Positions 1-12,680 of a stretch of 64,000 bases of DNA are shown piece after piece (the first letter of the stretch is position 1; each line of letters starts with the position of its first letter). Made by a program: the position numbers and the translations under genes. The notes below the pieces were generated by a model, which worked only from the letters and a program-made list of their open reading frames with translations, was not told the DNA's origin and made no database searches. The DNA is taken from contig JAAOMT010000354.1 in the NCBI GenBank assembly GCA_016748015.1, positions 50,187-114,186 of the forward strand, read 5' to 3'. Origin of the DNA: Geosiphon pyriformis uo1 (lineage: Eukaryota; Fungi; Glomeromycota).

Positions 1-746
1 CTGCTTTTGAATAGAGTTCAAATGCATTTTCGTCATTTTTCATTGTTCTTACTCCATTTTGATAGCATTTACAAGATTGTATTAGATATCCCGCCTCTGC
101 TGCTTTTGAAGAGTTCTAATGCTTTTTCCTCATTTTTTGTTGTTCCTAATCCATTTCGACAGCAACTTGTAAGATTGATCTATGCACTTGTATCTTCCAC
201 CTTTGTTGCTTTTGAAAAGAGTTCTAATGCTTTTTCCTCATTTTTCATTGTTCCTAATCCATTTAGATAGCAATTTGCAAGATTTATTTGTGCACTTGTA
301 TTACTTCTCTCCAATGCTTTTGAAAAGAGTTTAATTGCTTTTCCTCTATTTTGTGAAGTAATAATTGCATTATTATAACAACGTTTTAAGAATAATTGTT
401 CCATAGAATCTTCTGCTTTCGCTGCTTTCTGAAATTCTAAAAAATTTTTTGTTAAATTAGGAATAGTTCCAATCCCACGTTCTAAAGAAAAGCCGAGCAA
501 AATATAGTCTATCAAATGCTTTGAACTTTTATTTTTCAAATAATTGTATAAGTCTTCGGGTTTTTTTTGATTACGCTCAAGATATTCTTTCACCAAGTTA
601 GCAACTTTTGAATATTCACTAGCTGAGAAAATGGCCAAACTTTTTTTGATGACTATGAATGCTCCAAGACATTTGAGAGATGGTGTTTTCTTTTGAATTG
701 ATGAAGTTGAAAAAAAGATTTCCAAGCAACACAAATGCAATATCAA
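1..746 (-). pseudogene. SEL1-like repeat protein, disrupted; runs off the window start
   Basis: ORF 180-746 contains SEL1 motifs (AQINLANCYLNGLGTMKNEEKALELFSKA). After a TAG at the expected Gln of TSAQINL, further repeat copies continue (INLTSCCRNGLGTTKNEEKALELF) with frameshifts. Confidence 0.8.
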
Positions 747-1009
747 ACTTCAATATTTTTGAATAAGTAAAGAAGGATTTTAAGGAGTTCGCCTTTGCTA
801 ATAAATAAAAATCTTAGCCTATATTTTCATTAGATCACATTTCTAAAAAGCTTGTTTTTTTTATTTTAAAAGAAAGAAATGGAAGCTCTAATTATTTATA
901 ATTGTTTTTTTAAAATTATTTATCAATCTTTTTATTAATCCAATAATAACTATTTTAATTATTTTCAAAGTACATAATTAAACAAGTTACTTCAACCTTT
1001 TATAACCTT

Positions 1010-2950
1010 TTATGGTAATGCATAAACAATAGAATCATTAATATGTTGAATTCCACCACGTTTAAATTTTTTGGTTTGATTTATACAAAAATTTCATATG
1101 GGCTCGCAATTTCATGATGCGATTCTAATAATATAATAAAAAGTACATTAAGATTATTTTAAAAATAATAATCGAACCAAATGATAAAATTTGTTACCTT
1201 AAAATTGATCATTATTTTAATGATACCAGATAGATTCTCTAGATCCAGTGATGTATCTGGAATCGTAAATCCATCAAATTGATCAACCAAATATATTCCA
1301 TCCACCCAATGCATCGAATACATTAAAAACTCCTTTCCTAAATTATTAAAGTATATTTAAGATTAGTAAATATTATATTAAAAAATTAANNNNNNNNNNN
1401 NNNNNNNNNNNNNNNNNNNNNNNNNNNNNNNNNNNNNNNNNNNNNNNNNNNNNNNNNNNNNNNNNNNNNNNNNNNNNNNNNNNNNNNNNNNNNNNNNNNN
1501 NNNNNNNNNNNNNNNNNNNNNNNNNNNNNNNNNNNNNNNNNNNNNNNNNNNNNNNNNNNNNNNNNNNNNNNNNNNNNNNNNNNNNNNNNNNNNNNNNNNN
1601 NNNNNNNNNNNNNNNNNNNNNNNNNNNNNNNNNNNNNNNNNNNNNNNNNNNNNNNNNNNNNNNNNNNNNNNNNNNNNNNNNNNNNNNNNNNNNNNNNNNN
1701 NNNNNNNNNNNNNNNNNNNNNNNNNNNNNNNNNNNNNNNNNNNNNNNNNNNNNNNNNNNNNNNNNNNNNNNNNNNNNNNNNNNNNNNNNNNNNNNNNNNN
1801 NNNNNNNNNNNNNNNNNNNNNNNNNNNNNNNNNNNNNNNNNNNNNNNNNNNNNNNNNNNNNNNNNNNNNNNNNNNNNNNNNNNNNNNNNNNNNNNNNNNN
1901 NNNNNNNNNNNNNNNNNNNNNNNNNNNNNNNNNNNNNNNNNNNNNNNNNNNNNNNNNNNNNNNNNNNNNNNNNNNNNNNNNNNNNNNNNNNNNNNNNNNN
2001 NNNNNNNNNNNNNNNNNNNNNNNNNNNNNNNNNNNNNNNNNNNNNNNNNNNNNNNNNNNNNNNNNNNNNNNNNNNNNNNNNNNNNNNNNNNNNNNNNNNN
2101 NNNNNNNNNNNNNNNNNNNNNNNNNNNNNNNNNNNNNNNNNNNNNNNNNNNNNNNNNNNNNNNNNNNNNNNNNNNNNNNNNNNNNNNNNNNNNNNNNNNN
2201 NNNNNNNNNNNNNNNNNNNNNNNNNNNNNNNNNNNNNNNNNNNNNNNNNNNNNNNNNNNNNNNNNNNNNNNNNNNNNNNNNNNNNNNNNNNNNNNNNNNN
2301 NNNNNNNNNNNNNNNNNNNNNNNNNNNNNNNNNNNNNNNNNNNNNNNNNNNNNNNNNNNNNNNNNNNNNNNNNNNNNNNNNNNNNNNNNTAAACTAAAAA
2401 TAAATAAAAAATAAAACCTTTTCCCAGTTCGATTCCATTATTGACCACTCTTCGTTGGTAAATAAGCGCTTAATTGGACTATGAACATTATCTTCTGGTA
2501 AAAATAAAATCCGATATCTTGCAATAGCATTTTCACTATTAATAAGCGTTTCGATAGCCGAATTTGATGAAGTCTATTATGAAATAAAGGTTTATTAATA
2601 ACAGACAATAATGAAATATTTAAAAGATAGAGATTTCGGACCTCAACTAATGACAGCTCCTGGTAATACATGTTATCCGTATCCTGTTCAACAGCGTAAT
2701 CTGCATCTTGTTCATTTTTATCAAGTGAAGATGGCGTAGTATTTCCAACTTGATATTGCTTCTTTATCGTTCGTTCCTCATTAAAAGCAACATCTCTTCT
2801 TTTTCTTAAAAGATAATTGCTCTGATCAGAAGTTGATTCTCCCTAGGTTATATAACAAAGAAATATAGGTTTAAAAGTTAGCGATCAAACTTAGAACGAA
2901 CTAAATAAAAACATTGATCTTACCTTTTCGTGAAATTCACCAACCTTTCT
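1010..2950 (-). CDS. Spliced multi-exon gene or remnant of unknown function; middle hidden in the assembly gap
   Basis: Hand-assembled exons: 2642-2842 (GESTSDQSNYLLRKRRDV...), 2418-2573 (TSSNSAIETL...RYRILFLPEDNVHSPIKRLFTNEEWSIMESNWEK), 1198-1337 (GKEFLMYSMHWVDGIYLVDQFDGFTIPDTS...IIKIMINFK) and <=1124 (NRIMKLRAH...). GT-AG introns of 81, 68 and 73 nt keep the frame. CpG is retained. Linkage across the gap is inferred. Confidence 0.6.
1390..2389. other. Assembly gap (1000 N)
   Basis: Run of exactly 1000 N, probably a placeholder size. Confidence 0.99.
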
Positions 2951-3121
2951 ATATAATACGATGAAAGTCTCAATGTATTTAAATCATCAGACTTTTTTAG
3001 TAGTTCGAATCTATTCTCATCAAGACTTCACAAGATTTTGTTGATTTTGCCTCTACAACGAAAAATTAATATTTTCAAAAATATATACAGGCCAATATCA
3101 TGCAAAATCGTAATTACTTAC

Positions 3122-4190
3122 TAATATACTGGAATAGAGCGCAGGCTGAGGCACTAAGAGTCATTACATAACAAGTCATAGAGATTTGCCCATAACATTC
3201 TAATCCAAACATCGGCCAAAGGGTTAAACCAAAAGGGCGTAGGATAATGTACTAGAAATAGAGCCCAGGCTGAGGCACTAAGAGCCATTACGAACACGTA
3301 ACAAGTCATACCGATTTGCCCATAACACTCTAATCTTGCGATAATATACTGGAAATAGAGCGCAGGCTGAGGCACTAAGAGTCATTACATAACAAGTCAT
3401 AGAGATTTGCCCATAACATTCTAATCCAAACATCGGCCAAAGGGTTAAACCAAAAGAGCGTAGGATAATATACTAGAAATAGAGCGCAGGCTGAGGTACT
3501 AAGAGCCATTACGAACACGTAACAAGTCATACCGATTTGCCCATAACACTTTAATCTTGCGATAATATACTGGAAATAGAGCGCAGGCTGAGGCACTAAG
3601 AGTCATTACGTAACAAGTCATAGAGATTTGCCCATAACATTCTAATCCAAACATCGGCCAAATGGTTTAACCAAAAGAGCGTAGGATAATATACTAGAAA
3701 TAGAGCGCAGGCTGAGGTACTAAGAGCCATTACGAACACGTAACAAGTCATACCGATTTGCCCATAACACTCTAATCATAGGATAATATACTGGAAATAG
3801 AGCGCAGGCTGAGGCACTAAGAGTCATTACGTAACAAGTCATAGAGATTTGCCCATAACATTCTAATCCAAACATCGGCCAAAGGGTTAAACCAAAAGAG
3901 CGTAGGATAATATACTAGAAATAGAACGCATGCTGAGGTACTAAGAGCCATTACGTAACAAGTCATAGAGATTTGCCCATAACATTCTAATCCAAACATC
4001 GGCCAAAGGGTTAAACCAAAAGAGCGTAGGATAATATACTAGAAATAGAGCACAGGCTGAGGTACTAAGAGCCATTACGAACACGTCAAAAGTCATAGCG
4101 ATTGCCCATAACATTCTAATCCAAACATCGGCCAAAGGGTTAAACAAAAGGGCGTAGGATAATATACTAGAATAGAGACTGAGTCACGAA
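3122..4190. repeat. Higher-order tandem repeat: 221-bp unit made of two related subunits (~124 and ~97 bp)
   Basis: Core ATAATATACTRGAAATAGAGCGCAGGCTGAGGYACTAAGAGYCATTAC...GATTTGCCCATAACA recurs at ~3122, 3244, 3341, 3465, 3562, 3686, 3783, 3907, 4030, 4159. Period is 221 (3341/3562/3783), then collapses to ~124-bp monomers. Confidence 0.95.
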
Positions 4191-4420
4191 GTCATCACCA
4201 GTCTTATTTGTTTCCATCGTGGCATCTTGTAAATTTTGCATCTGCACCTTCCACTCGTTCTTTTCTACCTCTAGGTTTTTTACTTCCTTTTCTTCTATCC
4301 ACTTTTTCATTTCCTTTTCGTTCGGATACTCTTCTTTAATTCACTTAACCTTTCTCTTCAATGCTTATTTAATATCTCGCCATAGTGTTTTGCGTGTTTG
4401 TTATGGTTTGGGAAGATATG
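4168..4420 (-). pseudogene. Coding-like remnant with CAA/CGA-type stops, possibly the 5' part of the spliced gene
   Basis: Reads PYLPKP*QTRKTLWRDIK*ALKRKVK*IKEEYPNEKEMKKWIEEKEVKNLEVEKNEWKVQMQNLQDA in one frame. Confidence 0.35.
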
Positions 4421-4836
4421 GCCTATATATATGTTTGGTTCGTGTTAATGACGTTTTAGATCTTTGATTTATGAGTATAAATTTACCATTTAGGTTACAA
4501 ACCCACTATTGTTAAATTAATCAGAGTTTTTAACCTTTGCAGTATCCCTATATAATATCATTGTTATTTAATAATTGTTAAATCGACCCACCCACAACAC
4601 GTGATATCATTTACGTCATAGTTTCGTATTCAACTATATATAGGAACATATTAACGAAGTGTTTTTTTAATTATAAAACACTATAAATTACTTAAGACAT
4701 AATAAAAAATTAAATATATAATCTATATTCAATTTTATATAAGAAAAAGCTATTTTTTATTTTAATTAAACTAATATTTATTAGAATTACTAATAAATAA
4801 ATATTAAAATTCTATATATATTAATATTACATGTTA

Positions 4837-7800
4837 AACCTGCTCAAAAGTTTTTAGATTGTAAAAAAAAAGGTGGTAAATTACATCACCAAAAAAATCA
4901 CAAGACAAACAAGCCTTTGACTTCAAATTCCTATGAATCAAAGCATTCCATTTATTGTATATACCAATAGGAATGAAGCTGAATTGTGTCCTGTAACTAA
5001 TGATAGAATAAAGCATGGCTGATACCAAATATGAAAACTGCTTGTCTGAGAAAGCCTTCTTCAAAATAAGGTTGGCAAAAAACCAAACATTAGAATGCAC
5101 CTTAGCCAAGCTAGGCTTTGAAAGTTTATCAGTAGACAGATAAATGCCAAGATAGCAATAAAATTTGCTTCTTTTGACAATAGAAATAGATAACCTACTA
5201 ATTGACAGAGAAGGATGCTCAACACTGTAATTGATAGGAATGGCTATTATTTTGTTATTATTTATTAAAATGTTATTAATATGGAAAAAATTACTGGCAA
5301 TATCTAGAATATATTGGGTAGCCCTTAGATTACAGCCAATCCAAATAGTGTTATTTACAAATGCATTAGCAGTGAAAAAGAAAATCAGCCCAGCTTGAGT
5401 TTTAGCATGACTTGTCTTGAAAATAAAGTGAAAAATCAACCTATATTCACATAAGCTTTCCTGTTTTTTAACTTCGCACAACAAAAAATCATAGAATATA
5501 CACCAAAGAAGAGGTGAGAACACCTCCTCTTAATCCAAACTATTATGTACTGAATATCTGTTTGTCAAACCAAAGTCAGTCATAACCCTGTTAACATAAC
5601 TACCATAAATACAGCCAAAAAATTGAATAAACTTGCTGCATATTTTTATCTTAACCAGACTCTTTTTGAGATACTTCTATTCAACAAAATCATATGTCTT
5701 CTGCATATCCTGCAAAACTAACCATAGCTTATGGTTCTTCTTTAATACATCTTTAATCACTGATCTAATTGCAAAGATAGGAAACTGTGTAGTTGTACTC
5801 TTTAAAACTGAAAAATTGTTCTTATGGAAAACATTGTACATACTGCATGCCAACAAAATTCTATTAGAGAGAACTTTAGAGAGAATTTTACATGCAGTCT
5901 TAATTAAAGCAATAGAATAAATATTTATTAGAACACTTTTCCATTTATACAGTTTGGAAATCATTGAAACCCAAGCCTTTCTTCAAAAACTAAGCACCAA
6001 TTCACTAATTAAACAAGAATTCAAGAGCTCTAAGAACATATCCAAAATTGTCTTGTTGCAATATTTCCAAAGTTTATTAGAAATACCAGAAAGTCCAGCA
6101 GTTTTGTCATCGGAAAAATTAGAACAATTCATCAAAACCAATTGGACACATCACTTCTGAAAAGACTTCATTAAAAACATACTCTAAAGATTGATATTGA
6201 TGGCACTAATTTCTGAATACATCAGCAATAATTGCACATTTTCTGGTCCAACCTTCCATAACCATATCCATCTTGGCTTTAATTCAATCAGATTCTAGAA
6301 CCAGTTTATCATCAACTACCAGATAATCCAGAACCATTTTATGAAAAAGACATTCTAAAATGCTCCTAATAGTGTGGTCTTTATTCATCTCAAAACTCTC
6401 TATTCTCCTATTAATAACATATCTAATGTTTGCTTTTTTAGCTTTCTTAAATTCTGCAAGTTTGCTGATATAATATGACTTTCTTACTTTAAAAAAAGCA
6501 GAACATACACAATTAAAGTTAGCACCAGAATTTAAAAGAGTCTTAATATTTGAGACATTATTGTCATCTAAAGAAGACCAAAGATTCAACAGAGATATAA
6601 ATTTACTCTTAAGACTCATATAAGAACATCTAATAATTTTTGACACTAAAAGCTCCAATCTGTAAAATTTAGAAGATTTCTTGATAAACTCCTCAGTGTA
6701 ACCTTTGTACTATTTTCTTTTAAACATTCTATTAACTAACAAGATTATAATTTTGTAAACAATATCCTATATTGTATCCAAATTTGAGAACTTCTTACAT
6801 ATATCAAATTCATTTGAAAACATAGTAGTATTAACCACTATAGTACTCTTAAACTTGCTTTATTTTAACTCATCAGCATTTTTGAAGTCAAACTTCCAAT
6901 AATCTCTATTCACTCATTTGCACACTGAGTTTAGCCACATATTCAGTAATTTACCCAAACTCACAGAGACAGAAACAGCTTTGTAATCAGTATCAAAATG
7001 TTCACTAATATCCAAAACATCATAACCTACCATCACATTAACCAAATTCAAAGAAATAAACATGTAATCAATTGTCTTTTCCACATCTCTTGAATTTTTC
7101 TATGTAGGATCCTTCATGATTAGACTTTCCAACAAAAAATTGACCAACTCTAAACCAAAGCACTTTCTGAAATTTACACACTTGTGAAAACCATTTTCAT
7201 TGAAATTACCACCCAAGATAACAAAAAAAGACTTATTTGTAGTCTTTGCAATCAAAAAATTAATATTACCAGCTTGAAAAAACCAAATCACAGAAGAAAC
7301 ACCAATGTAAAGTCCCAAAATTAAAACAGAAAGTTTATTCTTAAAGAGTAACTTGACAGAAAGAAGCCAATCAGGCATCTCAGAAATTCTACACATGTAA
7401 TGAGCCAAAAAAATGTCCATAATGATAGCAATACCAGAATCCAAATAACCAAAGTCCATACCAGAAGTAAAGACATAGACACCATCAAACTTATTAGCAA
7501 TCCATGGACAGACTTTACCCTTTAACTTAGTTTCAGTAATAATTAAAATCAAATTGCCCATATTCTTATGCCAACAAACTATATCTTTCTGCTTTACAGA
7601 ATTGTTCATACCCTAAGCATTACATATAACAATTTTCCAAACCAAACTGATCATTAAGATGAAAAGAAAACCAACAAATCCAAACCAGAACACAAATAAT
7701 CCAATCTCTCCAAAACTGAATTAATTAATGCCTTTAAAGCCACTATTTTCAACTCCAGCTACCCACTTTGGTGGTCAAAATCTTAGAACTACTAGAGCTG

Positions 7801-9652
7801 AAGTCAGCAATCACATTAAAACTAGCAGAGAAAAAGAGAATAGATAATACCAATACATTATCCAAAACCATATCTAAATCCAAAACAGGAGCTAGAGAAA
7901 CAAAAGCAACTGGAAAGGGAGTGGAAAAAAAAGTAGTCAAAGATACCAACTTCACAAAACTCAATTTTTTCAATAAAACAGAAATCTAATCTGACAAAAG
8001 CTCCAAAGAATGTTTTAAAACTGCCAAATGATTACTTAAGCCAGAGGTATCAGCTGAAATGAGAAAAAAAGTACCACCCAAACTTGAGACACCAAAAAAA
8101 AGAGAACTAGAACCAGACCTAAAGTAAGCACTACTAGAAGAATTAGCTAGTAAGACCACTTAGACCCAAGATTTGTCACCAAAAGCAGTAGAACAAAAGA
8201 TCGGAACATCTTTTTTTTCATACAACTTGGCAAGCCAAAAGCAAACTTCCTCTAAAACAATTTTCTTATATAATTTCTTAGATGACAGCAGCACAAGTAT
8301 ATTTGAAGTATTACATTTAAGAGCTGAATGTCCAAAACACCCACACTTTTGACAACAAACCAAATTCATCCTAGTCCAAGATAGTTTTATTCTATCATAA
8401 ATAGGCTTTATGTGAAAGACAGATTTCAAATCATCATCAAAGTCAAAACCAACCACAGCACAGTAAATCTTATTACCAGTTTTTATAGATCTGTTTATGA
8501 TACAGGTTTTTCCACCAGCCTTTTTCAGAAGAGTTCTAAGATCATGTGCTATTGTTCCCACTGGCAAAGTAAATAAAAATACTCTAAACCAATTCCTAGA
8601 TGTCCAAATCTCATGATTTCTCACAGCTTTGGCTATACACACAGAATTTTTACCAATTAGAAATGACCACTTAGAAGCCAACAAATTAGCTTAGTCTAAT
8701 TTAGCAAACTTTATCATAATCTTTTGTCATATTCCAATTAATTGAATTTTGATCAACTTAATTTCTCCAAATTCAGATACTGCAGTAATAATCATATCTT
8801 TAAGTGTATTCATAAGAATTTTCTTGATTACTACAGCCCAATCTAACCTTATTCTTTGTCTCTTAAGATTGCTATTTATGTTGATCCTTTTTTTTCTGGC
8901 CAATGATATGGTTATTTTTATGCTCTTTTCTGAAGTGAAGGTAGATTTAATAATTCTCTCAAATTTTGAGGAGGTAATGGCCTCCCTAAAACTATTGATT
9001 AATAAAAAATTTTTTCTAACCAACTGAGTTTTTGCCATCACCAATTTTCTTTCTACAGCTAAGAAATTAATATCTAAAGCAAACAATTTTTTGATCAACA
9101 CTTCCATTGGAGTCTTGATGATTTTAAGATCAATCTACTTTTTGTCAAGAGAGATAGACAAACAAAAAAGGAGAACTACTTCATTATCATCCATATTAAA
9201 ATTGGGAGAACTGAGTGGAGAGCCAAAAACAGCACTAGTATTGACTTATTTTATCTTAAGTATAATAGTAGCTAAGCCCAAAAGAGACTCACTATTTGCA
9301 CCAGATATGTTAACATTTTCATTATTACCAAATAGACTTTTTACATCAGAATATACATTATCACTAGGCCCAGATTTACTCAAAGATATATCCTTTTTAT
9401 TACCAAAGTATTAAATATTTTTAAGGATAACTTTCTTTTTCTAAAAAAAGAAACCACCAGCAGAGCCATAAAAAGCATCTTTGAGTGTCTTTTTTTTAGA
9501 CATGATACTACTTGTAGAAGCCTCCAAATTCACAAAAAATAAGTTATTATTAAGCAAAAAAATATTGATGTAAACTAACAAAAAAAAATAAAAAACTTCT
9601 TTTTTAGAAAATGTGCTTTTTAAGGATTTTTAGAAGTGAGAAAGAAAAAAGT
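4837..9652 (-). mobile_element. LINE copy 1, 5' portion (5'UTR, ORF1, APE endonuclease, RT), inverted and degenerate
   Basis: ORF1 ~7651-9503 with CCHC knuckle CQKCGCFGHSALKC. ORF2 starts at 7654 with APE motifs (ETKL, GGNFN, TIDY) and RT motifs (QDMQKTYD, FSPLLWCIFYD, AFVNNTIW). Ends at LKTFEQV. Confidence 0.93.
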
Positions 9653-9946
9653 TTTTTTATGTATTAATTAAAATTATTATTATTATTTTTTTTTTAATAA
9701 GTCTAACAATCATTTATTTAAATTTAAAATAAACAAAATTACCCAAAAATAAATTTGTTTTATTATTAAAATTTTTCACTTTTTATTTTGTTTTTTTTAA
9801 AACTTTTACCAACAGAACCAAAAATAGCTTTTTTAGCCAACTTTTTTTTGTCAAATTATTATTAATAATAATTATCAGTTCTTAAACAAAAGAATTTATA
9901 TTTTGTAAAATATTAATAAACATAGGTATTTGCTAAATTGACTCAT

Positions 9947-12440
9947 TTGCAGTCCAAAAAAAAATTGGCTTTTTTTGTAACTTTTGCAAATTCTGATGGA
10001 ATTTTAGGGTGCTTGTTTTCTCACAGGTCTTATGACTTGTAAGTTTTAAGTTGGAATTCACTCCAGCTTTTGTGTTTTCTGGTTTGTATAAGAGTTAGTT
10101 CTTCTAATAACTTTTTGGCAGATGTAGTATGTGTGTTTTTTGAGTGCAATTTGTTCTTGAATGGGTTTTTGAATAGTTTTTTCTGTCTTCAGAATGGTAT
10201 GCCCATGTCAACTGTCTTTGGTGAATCTAAGTTTTTCAAATTTCTTCCTTCTTTTTAGTGATACAATGTTGTTTTCAATAATCAGTTTCATGATCATCAT
10301 AGTGCAGTTTTCAATTGAAATACTTTTAAGTGATGGAAAAGACTTGACCTTCGTGGCTTTGTTCCTAACTGGTTCAAGTTATCTGTTACTTTTCTCAATG
10401 AAGCAAATTTTTTCTCTGATAGCTCTTCAATTTTGGGTGATTTTGGATCTTCGAATGTTCTTGTGTTTTGTAAATTTGAGTTTATTCTTAGTTAATTAGC
10501 TCATGTCAGTTCTGATACTTTCTCAGTCTATATGGATAGTTCTCTGAAAAACATGAATATGGTTAATAGAAAAGCTGGCATAACAGTTTTTTTTGAGAAC
10601 ATTGACTCAAGTTTGGATGTTGGTGTTTCTGGTTTGATATTTTCTATTTTGGCTGAATTATAGACTATAGCACTGGCTTTTGAGTGTGTCTCCTCTTTCA
10701 GTTCAGTTTGGTTGTTAACAGACAGTTAAACTGCTTTGGATGTATGCAAGTCGAAGTTGGGTTTAATATATCCAGATTTTTATAACCAGTATTAAATAGA
10801 ACACTGGCATATTGTGAGTATTATTCATAATAAAAGTTTAAAGATTAGCTAACACAAGGTTAAAGATCACTCAGGTGTGTTGAAAAATGAATGTGCAGAT
10901 ATACTTATTAATGCTGCTTCTCTTTTTAAATGGCACTTTCTACTCCAATTAAAGAAACATTATATATTGACTAAGAGTAAGATTGTTTCTGGTAGCTCAA
11001 GATACTTTGTTCATAATATTTTTTGGTCTATACATTGTGCTTGTTGGGAGGCTGGTGTTACTGATGATTATTTGGGGTCTCAAATCAAATAACAAATCTG
11101 TAACTTGGTGTTTGATAGGTATTCTGGTATTAATATCTGAAGGTTTTGTTGTGAAGTTTTTTGTATAATAGACAGAAATTTAATAGTTGTTTTTAGTAGT
11201 CTCCCAAAATTGCAATTCTGTCAAATTTTTTTCTCAGCATGGTGGCTGGTAATCCTCCTGGTAAGCTATTCTCAAATCTATGAGTGTTTTACCCTTGTTT
11301 CACAGGTTTTTTACCAGTCTCTATGACATCTGTAATTCAGCACTTTAATCTTTAATTAATTTAATAAAACCAAAGAATAACAAAAAGAAATAAAAGAAAA
11401 TAAAAGAAAATAAAGAAATAAACAAAAGCAATTGCAAGTTAGTATCCTATTAATAGCCGTGATCAAGAGCTATTGTTCCAGTGTGGTTAAGTATCAATTA
11501 CTATCAACATAAAGTGTTGATAGTGGGAGTGAATTTGAGATAGAAAATAATTATTTATTGATATTTGTGGATTAGAAGATTGCTTAAATAAAATCTAAAC
11601 TGAGAGATCTGTCTTTTTTACTTTTAATGCTACTACTATATATACATAATTTGGGTTCTACAAAATCACTCACATTCTTGAGCAATGTGCTATAATTTCT
11701 CAAGCAATACTCATATTGCTGAGCAATGTGCCATATTTTTTTGACATTGCTCCACATTGCTTAGTGATGTGCCATGATTTCTGACATTGCTTCACATTGC
11801 TAAGCAATATGTTCACATGCTAACTACTACTCTCTTATTAGTCTACTATCTTTCTATATCTGTTCTCTTTTTATGAGTAACACTGGTTCTGGTTCTAGAT
11901 TTTTGATGAATAGTTTGCTTTCAGACATTGATTAGTTTAGTTCATCTTTGGTGTAACACCCAGACTTATATATAGCTGCTGGTTTTATTAGTAGACTCTC
12001 CACTAATGCCTGCATTTATTTTATGAAAGCTTTGTATTATTGGCTTCCTGTTGCTGTATGAAAGTGTTTTTATAACAAATGCTATTCTAATATAACATGT
12101 TTATATTGTGGGGATGTTAAAGTGTTAGATCATGTTTTTTTTTACATGGCTAACAAGTCTGCTCATAGCCAGTTGTTGGATGCTCATGTAGCTTCTTGGA
12201 GAGCACTTTTTGGTCTTTTTTATTCATCTTCTTGTGTATTTCAGCTGATGTTATCTTGTGCTTCTAATGTTGATATGTGTATAACCATTTGTAAAAGTTT
12301 TGTTTTTGCAGGTTGGTTCCAGAAGATGGTGTATATAGAAAAAGCATGATTCACACTTAGTTTAGATTACTTATGTTAATGTATTGTGCTAAGCAGTGTT
12401 TGGACCTCACTCATAAAATTTAATAAAAAAAAAAAAAAAG
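9947..12440 (+). mobile_element. LINE copy 1, 3' portion (post-RT, RNase H, C-terminal CCHC, 3'UTR, poly-A)
   Basis: Starts QSKKKLAFFVTFANSDGILG. RNase H (VYMDSSL...KVKDHSGVLKNECAD), CLYCG..DHVF, and the family 3' tail with an A-run at ~12425. Interrupted by a solo LTR, with an internal deletion near 12330. Confidence 0.9.
11056..11882 (-). mobile_element. Solo LTR (family D)
   Basis: TGTTA...TAACA with a perfect 4-bp TSD CTGG. Removing it restores LINE codons EAGSGSR. Homologous to 54268-55114. Confidence 0.93.
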
Positions 12441-12680
12441 TAAAAATTATTACCAAAAAATTTTATGCTTTAAATATTAATTTTTTGGTTTTTAAAAGAA
12501 AAAATCTTACAGATAAACAAAAAATTATTTTTAAATGTAAATAATTCTAAAAGAATTATTATTTTTTGAAATTTCAAACTTATATTTATGTTATAAAATA
12601 AATTATTTGAGATTAAATATTAATTATAAATAAAATAATTTAAAAAAACCAAAAATACATTTAGATTAAATTATAATTAT

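Noticed and set aside
1378-2448. 356-aa ORF
   Set aside because: Artefact of the N gap.
3154-4147. Repeated 60-73 aa ORFs (MPQPALYFQY...) as small genes
   Set aside because: By-products of the tandem repeat; frames break with unit rearrangement.
3122-4190. CRISPR-like array
   Set aside because: The intervening segments are themselves repeated, the units are too long, there are no cas genes, and the context is eukaryotic.
4590-4625. CACGTG and TGACGT motifs as the promoter of the minus-strand gene
   Set aside because: Short motifs with no defined transcription start; unsupported.
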